A stretch of 64,000 bases of DNA from Mobula hypostoma (GCF_963921235.1 NC_086118.1:19718001-19782000), one strand, 5' to 3'; counted from the first letter of the stretch, positions 49,151 through 61,895 are shown. Made by a program: numbers and translations. Notes: generated from the letters alone by a model not told the origin.

Positions 49151-50613
49151 GAATATTCATCCCCTCCATCCCTCCCCACTGATCTCCCTCCTGGTATTCT
49201 TACCCTCCCTTCTTATTCTGGCTCTGCCCCCTGCTTTTCTGGTTCTGATGAAGGGTCTCAGTCCGAAACACCAGCTCTTTACTCCCCACCATCGATACTG
49301 CTTGACTTGCTGCGTTCCTCCAGCACTTTGTGAATGTATTGCTCAAGATTTCCGGCATCTGCAGAATCTCTACTGTAACTATAATTTCTATTGACAATGG
49401 CTCATTGTTTATTTAAATTAAAGCAGTCCAGTCCTGGTGTGTTGAAATATTATTAGGCTGCCAGTCTTACTGAAGCCAGTGACAGCTTTTCCCTGAGCGT
49501 TAAAAAGTTGTAAAGAACTCCTACTCTGTAATTGTCTCATTTATTTTACTTTTGCTTGTGTAATAGAGCAAATTGCATTTATTCCAAAGACCTGAAGTAC
49601 ACCCATGCCTTTTGGCAATGGAGACTTGTCTATTAAAATCTACAGGGTGATGGATTTAGTCCATATGTTCAGTTTTCTCCTTTCAGCTGCTGTTGTATCT
49701 CACTGGATATTAGACATTTTGCAAATAATGTACTTTTTGTAACCATATGGGAACCTATCAATTGCACTTCAGAGACACATTAGAAAAATGAAAAGCGCAG
49801 CAAGTAAGTAAGTACAAAAATTGTATGAAGTTCTTGAACAAAATCAGACACATTTTCATTATGTAGGAGCGCTCAACCCTTTCCCCACCCTCACTCTGCA
49901 CCCTTTCTCTCTGCTGCACTCCATTCCCAACAATGAAATAATCACTGTTTTCCATAATTCTTTTCATCACTAATCCTGGTTGCTCCTCTGGGTCAGAGAA
50001 GAGAATCAGCAGTTTCTTACAAGGATTATGTTGCATCTTGAGTGTAATGTTCAGCATATAAACAGCCAGCTGCTATTGTATATAGACTGCAAATATATTT
50101 CTTATGGCGCTGGTAAAACTAAGTCAGTACAGGCATTGTTTGAAAAAACCATTCTATAACAGGGGTAAGGACTCTTTAAAGACATTATATCTAATTGTAA
50201 GTCAGTGAAATGATGAGTAGATCATGAAAATACTGAATCTTTCATATAGAATGAGGCTATTCAGTCCATAATGTTTGGGTGAACGTTCTGAAAGACACAT
50301 TCAATTAATCCTTTCACTGGATGAAATATTAACTCCATTTTCCTCTCCATAGGTGCAGCCTCACAGAGTATTTCAGGTATTTTCTCTTTTTAATTCATCT
50401 TTCCAGCAATGGCAATGTTTTTCTTTTTAATATTTAAATCATCTTTCCTCCCCTCTTTCTCAATAGCTAAGTCATATTTTACTTTAAACTTTTATTCATA
50501 ATTCTGCATAGAGTATTACTACAGAGTCTTTCTCCATCACCCTTTCCGGTAATATATTCCCAAACTTATTATCCAAAACGATTCTCCTCAATTTCTTTAG
50601 TCCCTGGGATATT

Positions 50614-51426
50614 CGTCAATAGGTACATTTAATTTCAGAGAAATGTATACAATATACATCCTGAAATTCTTTTTCTTTGCAAACATCCATGAAAACAGAG
50701 GAGTGCCCCAAAGAATGATTGACAGTTAAATGTTAGAACCCCAAAGCCCCTTCCAACTCCCCCTCCCATGCATAAGCAGCAGCAAAGCAACAACCACCCC
50801 CTCCCCCACCAGCAAAAAAGCATCTGCACCCTCCACTGAGCACTCAAGCGTGCAGCAAAGCATCAATAAAGACACAGACTTGCAGTACCCCAAAGACTAC
50901 TCATTCACCTAATTCGACATACCACAGGCTCACTCTCTCTCCCTAATAAGGGAAAAAGAGATGCCTCCGTTTCACAGATAGAGAGGAGACATAACAAACA
51001 ACTTTCTGATTTATGGTGTTAAAAGTCTGTTGCGTCACTTCTTCCGAGTTCTGCGCCCAAAGAACTCAGGTCTCTGGGCACACAGCCAGCAGCCAGCTCA
51101 CTGCTTTCGATCTTCCATCTCTCACGCGCACCAGGTGGCGGCACCGACCTCGAGTCTGCCCGTGTCCAGAGCCAAAAGAAAGCAGCACCCTGAAGATGCG
51201 CTAGTCTTCTAGGCCGTGTCTTTGGCATATTGAATAGCGGCCAGTCGTGAGACCCCAAGAGTGGGTCCCATTCCCACAAAGAACCGAAGTCAGCATGTAA
51301 CTCTAGGTCAGGCTCTTCCAAAGAACCCTGAATAGGGAAAAAGGAAATTTAAAGATAGAAATTGAGCTGTTCCCAAAGATGCAAGCAAAGGAGTCGCTGT
51401 TAGGCGCCATTGTCCGCCTAAGCTCC
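50614..51426 (-). mobile_element. 'Family B' uninterrupted copy
   Basis: Reverse complement aligns with 36975-37026 joined to 38191-38937. Confidence 0.85.
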
Positions 51427-51534
51427 ACAAGTTAATCTAACATTACCCCCGGAATTTTAACTGTGATTGATAGGGTGACCTAAAGGGTTGTAAACATTAC
51501 CCACCACCCCATGAGTCACATCATTCTACAGTAA

Positions 51535-52530
51535 CTTACACCATCTACAGTAGGATCTTACCATTAGGCAATCTTCTCTACCCTCCACCCCCTCCCCACA
51601 CACACACTTTCATATTAATCACTCTCAAGTGACCCCCCCACCCCCATCCACTCTTCTTTCCCCAGTTATCTCCCCTTGGCGTTTACCCATGCAAGGGTTA
51701 AAATGATACACCTGCCCCTACACCTCGACTTCACCACCATTCGGAGCTCCAAACAGTCCTTCCTGGTGAGGTGACAGTCCACCTACGGGTCTGCTGGGTC
51801 ATCTATGCTGCCCATGCGGTCTCCTCTACATTGGTAAGGCCCGATGTAGATTGGGGGACTACTTCGTCAAGTACCTTCGCTCTGCCATCTGCAAAAGGCA
51901 GGATCACCCTGTGGCCACTTACTTCAGTTTGACTTCCTATTCCCATTCTGATAATTCTGTCCATGCCCTCCACCGGATAGAGCCAAACTCATTTTGGAGG
52001 AGCAACACCTCATGTTCTGTCCAGGTAACCTTCAATCTGATGGAATGAACATCAATCTGGCTAACTTCAGGTAAATACTCACCTGTTCCCCCTTCTCTCT
52101 TTTTCTGTTCCCTTGGTTCTGATTCACCTCTCACTGCTTCTGTACTCCTCATTTGCCTAGCACCAGTCACTGGTTTCTCTCTTCTTCCCATTTCCTTCAT
52201 GGTCCACCATTCTATCCTATTAGATTCCTTCTTCTTCAGCCCTTTAACTCTTTACCCTTTCACCTCCCAGTTTCTTACTTCATTCTCTATCCCTCACCCA
52301 CCCTTCTTCCCCCTCACCTGGTCTCACCTATCACCTGCTGGCTTGGATTCCTTGTCCTCCCCCTACCTTCACATTTTTGGTCTGCCCCTTTCCTTTCCAG
52401 TCCTGATGTAGGGTCTCGGTCCAAAACGTTGACTAATTATTACTCTCCATAGATGCCACCTGACTTGTAGAGTTTCTCCAGCATTTTGTGTATGTTGCTC
52501 AGAGTTCCAGCATCTGCAAAATCTCTTGTG
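51535..52530 (+). mobile_element. Old Penelope-like 3' fragment
   Basis: LGDYFVKYLRSAICKRQDHPVATYF; terminal ccagtcctgatgtagggtctcggtccaaaacgttgact. Confidence 0.82.
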
Positions 52531-52834
52531 TAAGCATTACAGAATCAGTGTGTTCTTTGAAAATAGAAACTAAACACCAACATAGTTCTATTATTATGAA
52601 AGAGTATCTGGACACAAACATAAAGATAAATTATTGGTCTAGTATCTGGAGGGCAAGGCAATTGCTCTGGAGGCATCAATTTGATTCCCACCATAGTAAA
52701 TGAGAAATTCCAATTCAAGTAATTAAATAAATATAGTCTAAAATTAGTATTGGTAACAGTGACTATTATGTGAAAAATCTATGTTTCAATAATTTCCTTT
52801 TTGAAATGATAACCTAATGTCTTCGTAGGATTGA

Positions 52835-53040
52835 TCTGAAAGCTGGTGGAGGTCAGACAATTAGATGTATTTAAGGTGGCTTGACGTAACTATTTGAAAG
52901 ACAGAGCAATTAAGGGTGACAGAATACTGGCACAGGAAAAGGGTTGAGGTCACTATAGATCAGCCATGAACATACAAAATGACAGGACAGGCTTGAAGAA
53001 CCTGGTGACCAATTTCTGGTCTGATATCCTTGTGTTCTTA
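52835..53040 (+). mobile_element. Old CR1 3' tail
   Basis: gctggtggaggtcag..agatcagccatgaa..tccttgtgttctta. Confidence 0.55.
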
Positions 53041-54269
53041 GATCTGTATACATCTTATACTCCTCTCCTGCAAGACAGACATTGTGGATGTGTTGTACCT
53101 AAGAAAATAACAAAGTTAAGAAAATGGCCTTAATATTTTATATAAAGGATTTCTAGCTATTAAGCTCATTTAAAATGAGGTCTGGCAACATTCATTTCTG
53201 CATTGAAAGGAACTGACCAATTTAAAATAAGTGAATCAATTTGTGCACTCAAATAGCAAAATAGTTTTATTTAGATGTAATAGAATGTTCCTACACTAGT
53301 CACTCAATAAAGCATCACTATGAAACCAAAGAGTTTTTCAGTGCATAGCTCCTGATGGGCAGATCTTTGACATTATGACTAACTATAATATAAAGGCAAT
53401 ACAGTTTGAAACTGGTGAATCACCATTTTGTCTGTAATTTGACAGCCCGATGTCCAATTTCAGTTTTATTAATTTTGTTGCTGATTAATACAAGTTCTTA
53501 CTTGCTTGTTCAGGATTCTACTTCTGAGATTTAATTTGCTCCATTTGAAAACCCTCATGCAAGCACAGAGATCTGGTTTGCAGGGGCAGCTACAGCATTT
53601 GAGACACAGTTCATGAAGCTCTTAATGGCTGTTTTAAGATTAGTTATCAGTGCAGTCATTTGTTTCTCATGCATGGCAAAATGGTAGAGGTAAACTTTGA
53701 TGAGCTCCATAAACTTGTTGGGTGTAGCTGCAAATACACATCCTCTAGTTTCCATATCCTCTAAAGATCAGATCAGTGCAAGATACCAATAGAATGTGCG
53801 GATTACTTACTTCGCAGATGTGCTTGAACTTTCTGTCAGTTTTGGCCTCTCAGCATTTTGGCTTCAAAAACTATTTCAGTTTTGCGTCTTTGATTTTCTA
53901 TCCCTTGTGGTTTCAAAGTTAGCTGGATGATTCATTTTTAAATCCTTTCTATATCTAGGAGAGCATTCTCAGTAAAGTTCTTAGCTCCACATACTTCATT
54001 AAGGTTGATGCACCTGGTGAATGAAGTTATTCAGTGATTGACTGAACATGTGTGGATATTGTTACAGACATATTCTTCAAGTGATGTTGTTATTCCCAAC
54101 GCAGAGGAAAAGAACAGTAATGAATGATAGTCACTTCCTTTTCCTGCACAGCCACCAGGAAAAGCAACTGGAAAAGTGCTTGCATTATATTTTGTGCAAT
54201 ATGCTCACTCATCTCTTCCTTTAAGCAGTCACCCAAGCAGGTGTACAGCATGATCTGATTCTGCTCATC

Positions 54270-55350
54270 ACTAGGAAAACACAGCAGATATTGTTCTTTC
54301 TGTGCCAGTTCAGGAAACTTAACATTTCAAGGCACATTCTGTTGAATCTTTAATCAGTTCAGTGATCATTGAGATTATTGTGACCACCTTATCACTGTTT
54401 TGTTTCACGCAGCCTCCTCACTCTGTAAGTTCAGGTTGCAGTGAGTGGTTCATTCAGCGGAGAAGATCATTGCCTGTCGGCTACTGACATTAAAAGGTCT
54501 GTTCAATGCCAGAGCAAAGAAAAGAGCTGGAAAAATTACTGCTAGCTCCACTCACCCTAGCATTAGCCTATTCACCAAACTGCCATCAGGGAGACAGTAC
54601 AAGTCTATCACCACCAGGACTACATGACATCTCAAAAGCTTCTTTCCTGTAGCTATCCAGCTTCTCAACAAAGCTCACCCTAAATGCACACTACAGGCAA
54701 TTAAATATGGCACATTTGTAAGATGTAAAAGGAAACCAGAGCTTCTAAATGTGGTAAACCATATATATATATGTTGTAACTGGGTTAACTGTCTGGACAC
54801 GCCCCTCTGCTGACTGCCCCTGTGGCTCCTCTCACAGATCCCTGAATAATGGCGATTGTGTCCTGCTGCTCCCCCTCAGTCCAGGGGCAGACACTCAGCG
54901 TGGAGGTCACGCTTTACTGCAAATAAGAGCCTTTCAGTATTTACTCTATTTCAGTCTTTTGGAATTATTGAAGGTGCTTCACTAAATGAAACCCACTCAG
55001 TCTCAGATTTCACACATTCAGCACCAGAGGTCAGGATAGAACCCAGGTCTGTAATACCTTAGGATATATTACCCAAAATGTCCCTGTACAACATCCATTA
55101 AATGGCCACTCCTGTTCTCCCTGTTCTCTTGATAATTATTAAGTCTGTTCATATGTTCCCATTTATTTAAATTTGATTGCCGATGTTTGCACATATGCCT
55201 ATTCTGCTATTTGTTGATTGCTCTATTGTTGTAGATTGTTGGTTGTGATCGTGTTGCCTGTTATGGTGTTGTCCTGTGTTTCATGCTTGGCACCGAACCA
55301 CAGTCAATTATACTTTGTTTCACATTCGGGCAATAAAGTAATTCTGATTG
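54270..55350 (+). mobile_element. Old Rex1-like 3' fragment, interrupted by a SINE and a solo LTR
   Basis: VHSAEKIIACRL..RAKKRAGKI..HPSISLFTKLPSGRQYKSI; tail gcaataaagtaattctgatt. Confidence 0.7.
54750..54981 (+). repeat. Solo LTR (232 bp)
   Basis: TG..CA ends with a 5-bp TSD ctaaa at 54745-54749 and 54982-54986; sits inside an antisense SINE remnant (~54685-55050). Confidence 0.8.
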
Positions 55351-56019
55351 ATATAGCTCAACTTTAGCTGTAACTGCCTTTCTGTGGCATGTTGACAAAT
55401 TCACAAATGGACTATATCAGCTGTCTGTTGAGGCTTTGAAATTTCAACTATAGTTTTGAATGTGGATATAATTTAGTTATTTAGAATCAGAATCAGCATC
55501 AAGTTTAATATCACTGACATATGTCATGATGTTTGTTGTTTTGCAGCACAATGTATCATAAAAATTTTAAACTACACTTAGAAAAATATATAATAAATTA
55601 AATAACTAGTGCATTTACTTCAACAACAAATAAGTATTTATTTGCTCAACATTTCACAGAAGTACAAGTTTATTTGCCAAGGGAATTATAAAAGCAAGCA
55701 GGATTGCAAACACTTTGATTATTGCAACAGTAAAAAGCCCACATATTTTTACCAGGAAGTTTTACTGAGCCTGTGAGAGTATTAGCTGCTGGTTTTCACG
55801 TTGAATCAGCCAACAATATGGAATCATGGATTGAACCAGGAAATTCTATCCTGGCAGAGGCCGGGATTGAACATATTAAAACCAGAGCGGTTTATTGTAA
55901 TGTCATAGCAAGAGGGAAAGAATAAGAGGAAGGAAAAGAGCAAACAAAGGAGGAGGAGACATAAAGGAGAAAGAGAGAGAGTGTGTGTAAAAGAGGATAG
56001 AAAGAGATGCAGTACAGAT

Positions 56020-56094
56020 GGCCTGCTGCATTCACCAGCAACTTTGATGTGTGTTGCTTGAATTTCCAGCATCTGCAGAATTCCTGTTGTTTGC
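56020..56094 (+). mobile_element. Extremely 5'-truncated Penelope terminal fragment
   Basis: Matches 154-230; flanked by direct repeat tgcagtacagat at 56008-56019 and 56092-56103. Confidence 0.88.
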
Positions 56095-56231
56095 AGTACA
56101 GATATAGTCTCTTCAGCCCATCTGCAATAATCATCAAGAACCAATTTTTAATGCTAATCTTACCCTATTCCATTTTATTCTCTCTATGCTCCCATCAATT
56201 CCCCCAATATTCCCCCAATTTCCCCAGAAGC

Positions 56232-56787
56232 AGACTTCTGAAATGCCTGCTTCGCTGCTGCTGCTACTGTGTGGTCCAGAATCTCCGGAGGGGAAGGCCC
56301 CGGGTCCTCGGCTTTGCTGTTGCTCGGCGGCCGGGGCGGCATCAAAGCACACAGCAGTGGATGGTGCTCGGAGAGGCTGTGTCGAAGGGGCTGGTCAGAG
56401 AATCGAAGTTTTCGGATGGACTCAGAGTCCGCTGCGGTCGGGTGCTTCCAACGGTGCTGCATCGGCAAGTTTGCGGTGCTTGGAGGTTCATGGCGAGGAG
56501 AGTTTCTCCCTTCTGCTGCCTGTGTGAGATGATGAGTCTATCGGGACTTTAAGACTTTTTTTACCGTGCTTATGGTCTGCTCTTCATCAAATTATGGTCT
56601 GCTCTTCATCAAATTATGGCACTGTTGTAACTATATGTTATAATTATGTGGTTTTGTAAGTTTTAGTCTTGGTTTGTCCTGTGTTTTCTTGTGATATCAT
56701 TCTGGAGGAACATTGTATCATTTTTTAATGCATGCATTTCTAAATGACAATAAACGAGGACTGGGTGTCCTCACAATCTAATCTAAT
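56232..56787 (+). mobile_element. 'Family A' copy, 5'-truncated
   Basis: Close to 3152-3689; internal 22-bp tandem duplication at 56571-56614. Confidence 0.88.
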
Positions 56788-56950
56788 AGCCTACCACTCA
56801 TCTGCATACTAGAGGTAATTAAATGTGGCCAATATGTAAGATGTGGAAGGAAGCCAGAGCATCTAAAGGAAGCGTACTCAGTTACAAACTTCCCACTTTC
56901 AGCACCAGAGGTCAGGTTAGAACCCGGGTCATTAGGACTGTGTGTCAGCA
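56788..56950 (-). mobile_element. V-SINE/HE1-like remnant
   Basis: cagcaccagaggtcaggttagaacccgggtc (antisense B box). Confidence 0.55.
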
Positions 56951-57619
56951 ATTCCTCTGGGCTACCCATGATGTTAGTGGGTTATGTCTGTTCCTCTCAG
57001 AACCTACAATGAGGAAAGAAGAAGACTTAGATATTTTTGTAAATCGCTATGGTGGTTTCATTAAAGACAAATGGTTAGGTAACAAGGAAGCAATTATCTG
57101 ATGCACATTGTACAGACTTCTCACTGATGCATTGAAGTTGCAAATGGAATGGTGCAGGATGGATATTGGATCCCGATCAGAAGGTCTAAAGTAGCTTTTT
57201 CTTCACTTCAGGCTTGAATGCTTTTTGACCACTTCGGTGCCCATTTAACGAGCGGGGATTTGGCAGACAGTAGTCAGCACTACTTTTGAATTAAGGATGT
57301 CTGTGACCTGCCCTGAACATTTTCCAGTACTTTGCTGATCTGATAAATATTACTGAATTATATGAATTCCACAAAAGAATTGTAATATTTTGACTTTACT
57401 GTACCCTACCCATCAGAAACATATCTGAGTTATTTAATTATGCTTTGGAGGCTCTATTGATTATGTAGTGACAATTCCTTCCTCTCAAAATACGGTGCCT
57501 GTGACCAAGCATTCTTAAGAGGACTGGATCATAAATCATTAATTTATTTTCACATGAAACATTTTCTTTGTTAATTTTTACTTACCTTGCTATTTTAGCC
57601 TTAAATGATTTATGAAGGC

Positions 57620-57780
57620 TGTATAGTGGTTTAATGCTGCACAGATCCAGCTACTTGGGTTCGATCCTGAATGTGGATGCTGCTCTTGTATAGTTGCATG
57701 TTTTTATGAATACATTCAGTTGCTCCCAACGCCCTGGCTTCCTTCCATATCTCACAGACATGCTGCTAAATTGATTGACA
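57620..57780 (+). mobile_element. V-SINE/HE1-like remnant
   Basis: B box gggttcgatcc and degenerate V domain. Confidence 0.55.
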
Positions 57781-57861
57781 TCAAAGATCTGCACCATTCA
57801 CGCTCTGCCATCTGGGAGCTACCATCAGACAGGAATCAGAATCAGGTTTAATATCACTGAC

Positions 57862-59245
57862 TAGATGGAGGGGCTGGTAGTATTGAGGAAACAGAAAGTC
57901 TTCAGGAGGGCTTAGGTTAGGACAATGGGCAAAGTTATGGCCAATGAAATATAGCGTAGAGAAGTTTATGGCACTGCACTTTGGTAGAAAGAATAAAGGC
58001 ATAGACTGTTTTCTAATTTGAGAGGAAATTTAGAAATTAGAGGTGCAATGGGATTTGCGAGTCCTCAGGCAAGATTCACTAATGGTTAGCTTTACTGTGT
58101 GTGCACAACGGTAGCGTAGCAGTTAGTGTAATGCCATTTCAGCTCAGGGCATCGGAGTTTGGAGTTCAATTCTGGTGTCCTCTGTAAGGAATCTCTGTAT
58201 GTCTTAAGGGGAAATCTTGCCTGATAAATCTGTTGGAATTCCTTGAGGAAATAATAGACCAGATAGACAAAGCAGAGTGAGTGGATATTGGTTACTTGGA
58301 TTTTCAGAATGCCTTTGAAAAGGTGCCATACATTAGACTAGATTAGGTTACGAGGATACTCAGTCCTCATTTATTGTCATTTAGAAATGCATGCATTAAG
58401 AAATGATACAATGTTCCTCCAGAGTGATATCACACAAAAACAGGACAAACCAAAGACTAACACTGACAAAACCACATAATTATAACATATAGTTACAGGA
58501 GTGCAAAACAATACCATAATTTGATAAAGAACAGACCATGGGCACGGTAAAAAAAAGTCTCAAGTCCCAATTGACTCCTATAGTCCCTGATAGCAGGTGG
58601 CAAAAAGGAAGAACTCCCCTGCCATAAACTTCCAGGCACCGACAACTGACAACTGCGAATGCATTGGAAGCACCCGACCACAGCCAACCACAGCCAACCA
58701 CACTCAAAAACTTTGAGCCTCCGACCAGCCCCTCCGATACAGCCTCCTGAGCGCCATTCTCTGCTGAGCGCCTTCGACCTCGTCCCGGCCGCCAAAACAA
58801 GCAAAGCCAAGGACTCAGAGGCCAACTCCTCCGAAGATTCCGGACCACACAGTAGCAGCTGCAGTGAAGCGGACATTTCAGAAGTTTCTCCAGATGTTCC
58901 TCCGCGCTCTCACGTCCGTCTCCATCAAATCAGAATTGTGCACGGTACCCTACTTAACAAATACAGATATCATTTCGGAACGTCCGCGCGCGCTGCATCG
59001 CGTCGCTATTTCCTCCTCTTCCCATGAGACTGCTTAACAAAATAAGAGCCCATTGTATTACAGGATTCTATCCATGCTAGTACAGCATGGATGGAAAAAT
59101 GGCTGATTGGCAGGTGGCAAAGAGTCAGCATAGAGGGGGCTTATTCTGGTTGGTTGCCAGTGACAAGTGGTGTTCTGCAGGGGTTGGTATTGGGATTGCT
59201 TTGTTTCATGTTATATGTCAATGATTTGGATGACAGATTTGATGG
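57862..59245 (+). mobile_element. Rearranged CR1 RT fragments with a SINE head (~58100-58203) and a family A insert
   Basis: EKWLIGRWQRV..WLPVTSGVLQGLVLG..YVNDLD; aaggtgccatacat|gagactgcttaacaa rejoins across the insert. Confidence 0.75.
58334..59022 (-). mobile_element. Full-length 'family A' copy
   Basis: Reverse complement of 37027-37211 plus 37693-38190; flanked by cat/cat inside CR1. Confidence 0.88.
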
Positions 59246-60022
59246 CAACAGTACAGTGCAACACATAAAAATACTATAAATGACAAGAAGAAATGCACAT
59301 ACTGTAAGTATAAATTCAATTAACTAAACAGTGCAAAAAGACAGCAAAAACGTGAGGTAATGTTCATGAGTTGGTTCATTGCCCATTCAGAAACCTGACG
59401 GTAGAGGGAAGAAACTATTCCTAAAATGTTGAGTCTGTGTCTTCGGTCTTCTGTACCTCCTCTGTTTTGGTAGTAATAAGAAGAAAGCTTATCTTGGGTG
59501 AGAGTTCCTTAATAATAGATGCCACCTTTTTTGAGGCATTGCTTTTTAGAAGGCTTGTGCCCATGATGGGGCTGGCTGAGATGTCACCACACTGCAGCTT
59601 TTTCCAATCCTGTGCAGTGGCCCCTCTATTCCAGACATGATACAGCCACTAAGAATGCTCTCCATGGTACTTCTGTAGAAATTTGTTAATGTCTTTGGTG
59701 GCATACCTAATCTCCTAATGAAATATATCTATTCGTGTGCCTTCTTCATCAGTATGTTGGACCCATTATAGACATTCCCAGATGCTGACACCCAGAAACT
59801 TGAAATGGCTCACTCTTTCCACTGCTGACCCCTCAGTGAGGACTTGTGTGTGTTCCCTTGACTTCATCTTCCTGAAGTCCACAATCAATTCCCTGGTTTT
59901 ACTGACGTTGAGTGCAAGGTTGTTATAGCGACACCACTTACCTAGCCGACCTATCCCACTCCTGTAAGGGTCCTCATCACCTTCTGAGGTTCCTTCAACA
60001 ACAGTTGTGTCATCAGCAAATT
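59246..60022 (-). mobile_element. Old Rex1-like RT to 3' fragment
   Basis: Antisense tttgctgatgacacaactgttg (FADDTTV) and ctcaacgtcagtaaaaccagggaattgattgtggacttcagg (LNVSKTRELIVDFR). Confidence 0.75.
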
Positions 60023-60023
60023 C

Positions 60024-60350
60024 TTAGGAAGTACATAAGCCTGAAGTCTGACACTACTATTTCAAGCAGCTGTTTCCCTTCAAACATTTTGTAGTTCAAT
60101 GAACTAGCACAACCCTAATGGCTACAGTTTAACAGCACTATGAGCACCTTGACCACTCTGCCATAAATTGCTAGGTTTTTTGTTCTAATTGTGTTCTTTC
60201 TTGTAAAAATTCTGCATAATTTATATTTGCTTTTCTTGTGAATACTGCTTATCTGATGCTATGTGTCTGTGATGTTGCGGAAATTAGTATTTTCATTCCA
60301 CCAGTGAACATATGTATTCATGCATATGACAATAAACTCTACTTTAACTC
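60024..60350 (+). mobile_element. Old Rex1-like 3' UTR
   Basis: Ends atatgacaataaactctactttaactc. Confidence 0.5.
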
Positions 60351-61602
60351 TGGCTACTGTAAATTACCTTTACTGTTGATGGGTGGCAGGAAAAAGAGTT
60401 TGTGAAAGTTTAAATGTTTCAGCGAAATAAACAGAGTGAATGGGGCTGTTCTGAAAGATGGCACAAATTTGGTGGGATATAATAATGAAAATAATGAGTA
60501 ATATATAGGATTTTATAACATTATGTTCAATTTTTGATTCTTTCCTTCTTTTTATTTTGCACCCTAATGTACGAATTAGAAAAAAATAGCAGAAGTAGTG
60601 TGTGCCTTGCAGTTTATAATCCACACAAGTTTATTCTCATTCTCAACTGGTTCACACCGATCTTTCAAGTTAACTTCCTATTACTATTCTTCTAACCTTA
60701 TCATCCAGTTTCCTGTTGAAAACATCTAAGCAATACATCTCAATTATTTCTCGTAGGGCCATTATGCAAATTCATACAATTTTCAGAGTAAAGTATTTTC
60801 TTTAGTTTCCTACTGTATTTAGCATTAACTATCCTCTATTCATTCCTTCTAATTTTGGATTCCTTTACAAGTAAAAAACATTTCTTCACAACAACTTTTT
60901 CATTATTATAAGAACCTTCAGGCTTCTACTTTTTAATGAAAAACATCCTCACTATTTTTAATCTTGTCTGATTGCTTTAACATTTCATTTCTTCTCCCGT
61001 TTTAGTAAATATTTTTCCAGTTTCTTCAGAACATCTAGATCATTTTTATGGCAACCAATACCAAAATTAGACAAAGCACTTTAATTGTAATCTGACTAGG
61101 ATATTACACAAGAGGAACATGACAGCATTATTTCTGAATTCTGTGTTCTATCTCTCAATATAAATCATATGTTTTTCTTCCATTTCTAATTGTTTTGTTT
61201 TCCAGTCAGTGGTATTTATTATTTTAATTAGTTCACACACAATTCTGGATGTCTTTTTTCTATCTTATTCAGTTTTGATTTTAACATCTTTGCTAATAAG
61301 GTGAGTGGATCACCTCATGTATATCTGATCAAGTCAATTTGCCATTAAACTGACTATTTTCCGAATGTACTTTCTGGATATTGCAACATTCCTCCTCATT
61401 GCCAACTATATCCCTTGATTTAGACTTCTCAGTAGGTTTTGATATTGAGTTACTTATTTTAACACTAATTATAATAGTTAGTCCAAAAGGCCACCATTCT
61501 GCAACTTCCTCCAACCTGAATAATAAACCTTTGCCTTCATTCCTCCTCTTTCTTTTCAGGCAAATAGCAGTACTATTTTACTTATTGATTAATTGATTGA
61601 TA

Positions 61603-61733
61603 GACTTATTTCCTGGTATTTGCATTTACTATTTAACTATTTATGGTTTTATTACTATTTATTTATTTATGGTGCAACTGTAATGAAAACCAATTTCCCC
61701 CGGGATCGATAAAGTATAACTATGACTATGACT
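61603..61733 (+). mobile_element. Rex1 family R1 3' tail
   Basis: gacttatttcctgg..ccaatttcccccgggatcgataaagtataactatgactatgact, matching the reverse complement of 13239-13375. Confidence 0.88.
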
Positions 61734-61895
61734 ATACAGTGCAGAGAAGGCCCTTCCAGCCCTTTGAGAAATGCAACCCAGCCATCCTCCAAATCCTCGC
61801 CTGATCACAGACAATTTACAATGATCATTTAACTTACCAACCGGTATGTCTTTGTACTGTTAGAGGAAACTAGAGCACCTGGAGGAAACTTACTG
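61734..61895 (-). mobile_element. HE1-like SINE 3' half
   Basis: aggcccttccagccc..caatttacaatgatc..gtatgtctttg..gaggaaactagagcacctggaggaaac. Confidence 0.65.

Larger units (their letters stand above)
48268..49196 (-). mobile_element. Young Penelope-like element with a short inverted 5' duplication
   Basis: GIY-YIG frame with a single stop, intact terminal repeat and palindrome 49111-49198. Confidence 0.92.
47460..49375 (+). mobile_element. Old Penelope-like copy in two halves (47460-47811 and 49197-49375)
   Basis: Degenerate GIY-YIG region, pyrimidine tract, then terminal repeat with ctgatgaagggtctcagtccgaaac. Confidence 0.65.

Noticed and set aside
53555..53755. 66-aa ORF in unique sequence
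   Set aside because: No homology I can recognise and no convincing splice context.
56007..56552. Overlapping 70-180 aa ORFs in family A copies (also at 3109, 47833, 58480)
   Set aside because: GC-rich sequence open in several frames; frames and starts are not conserved between copies and there is no recognisable domain.
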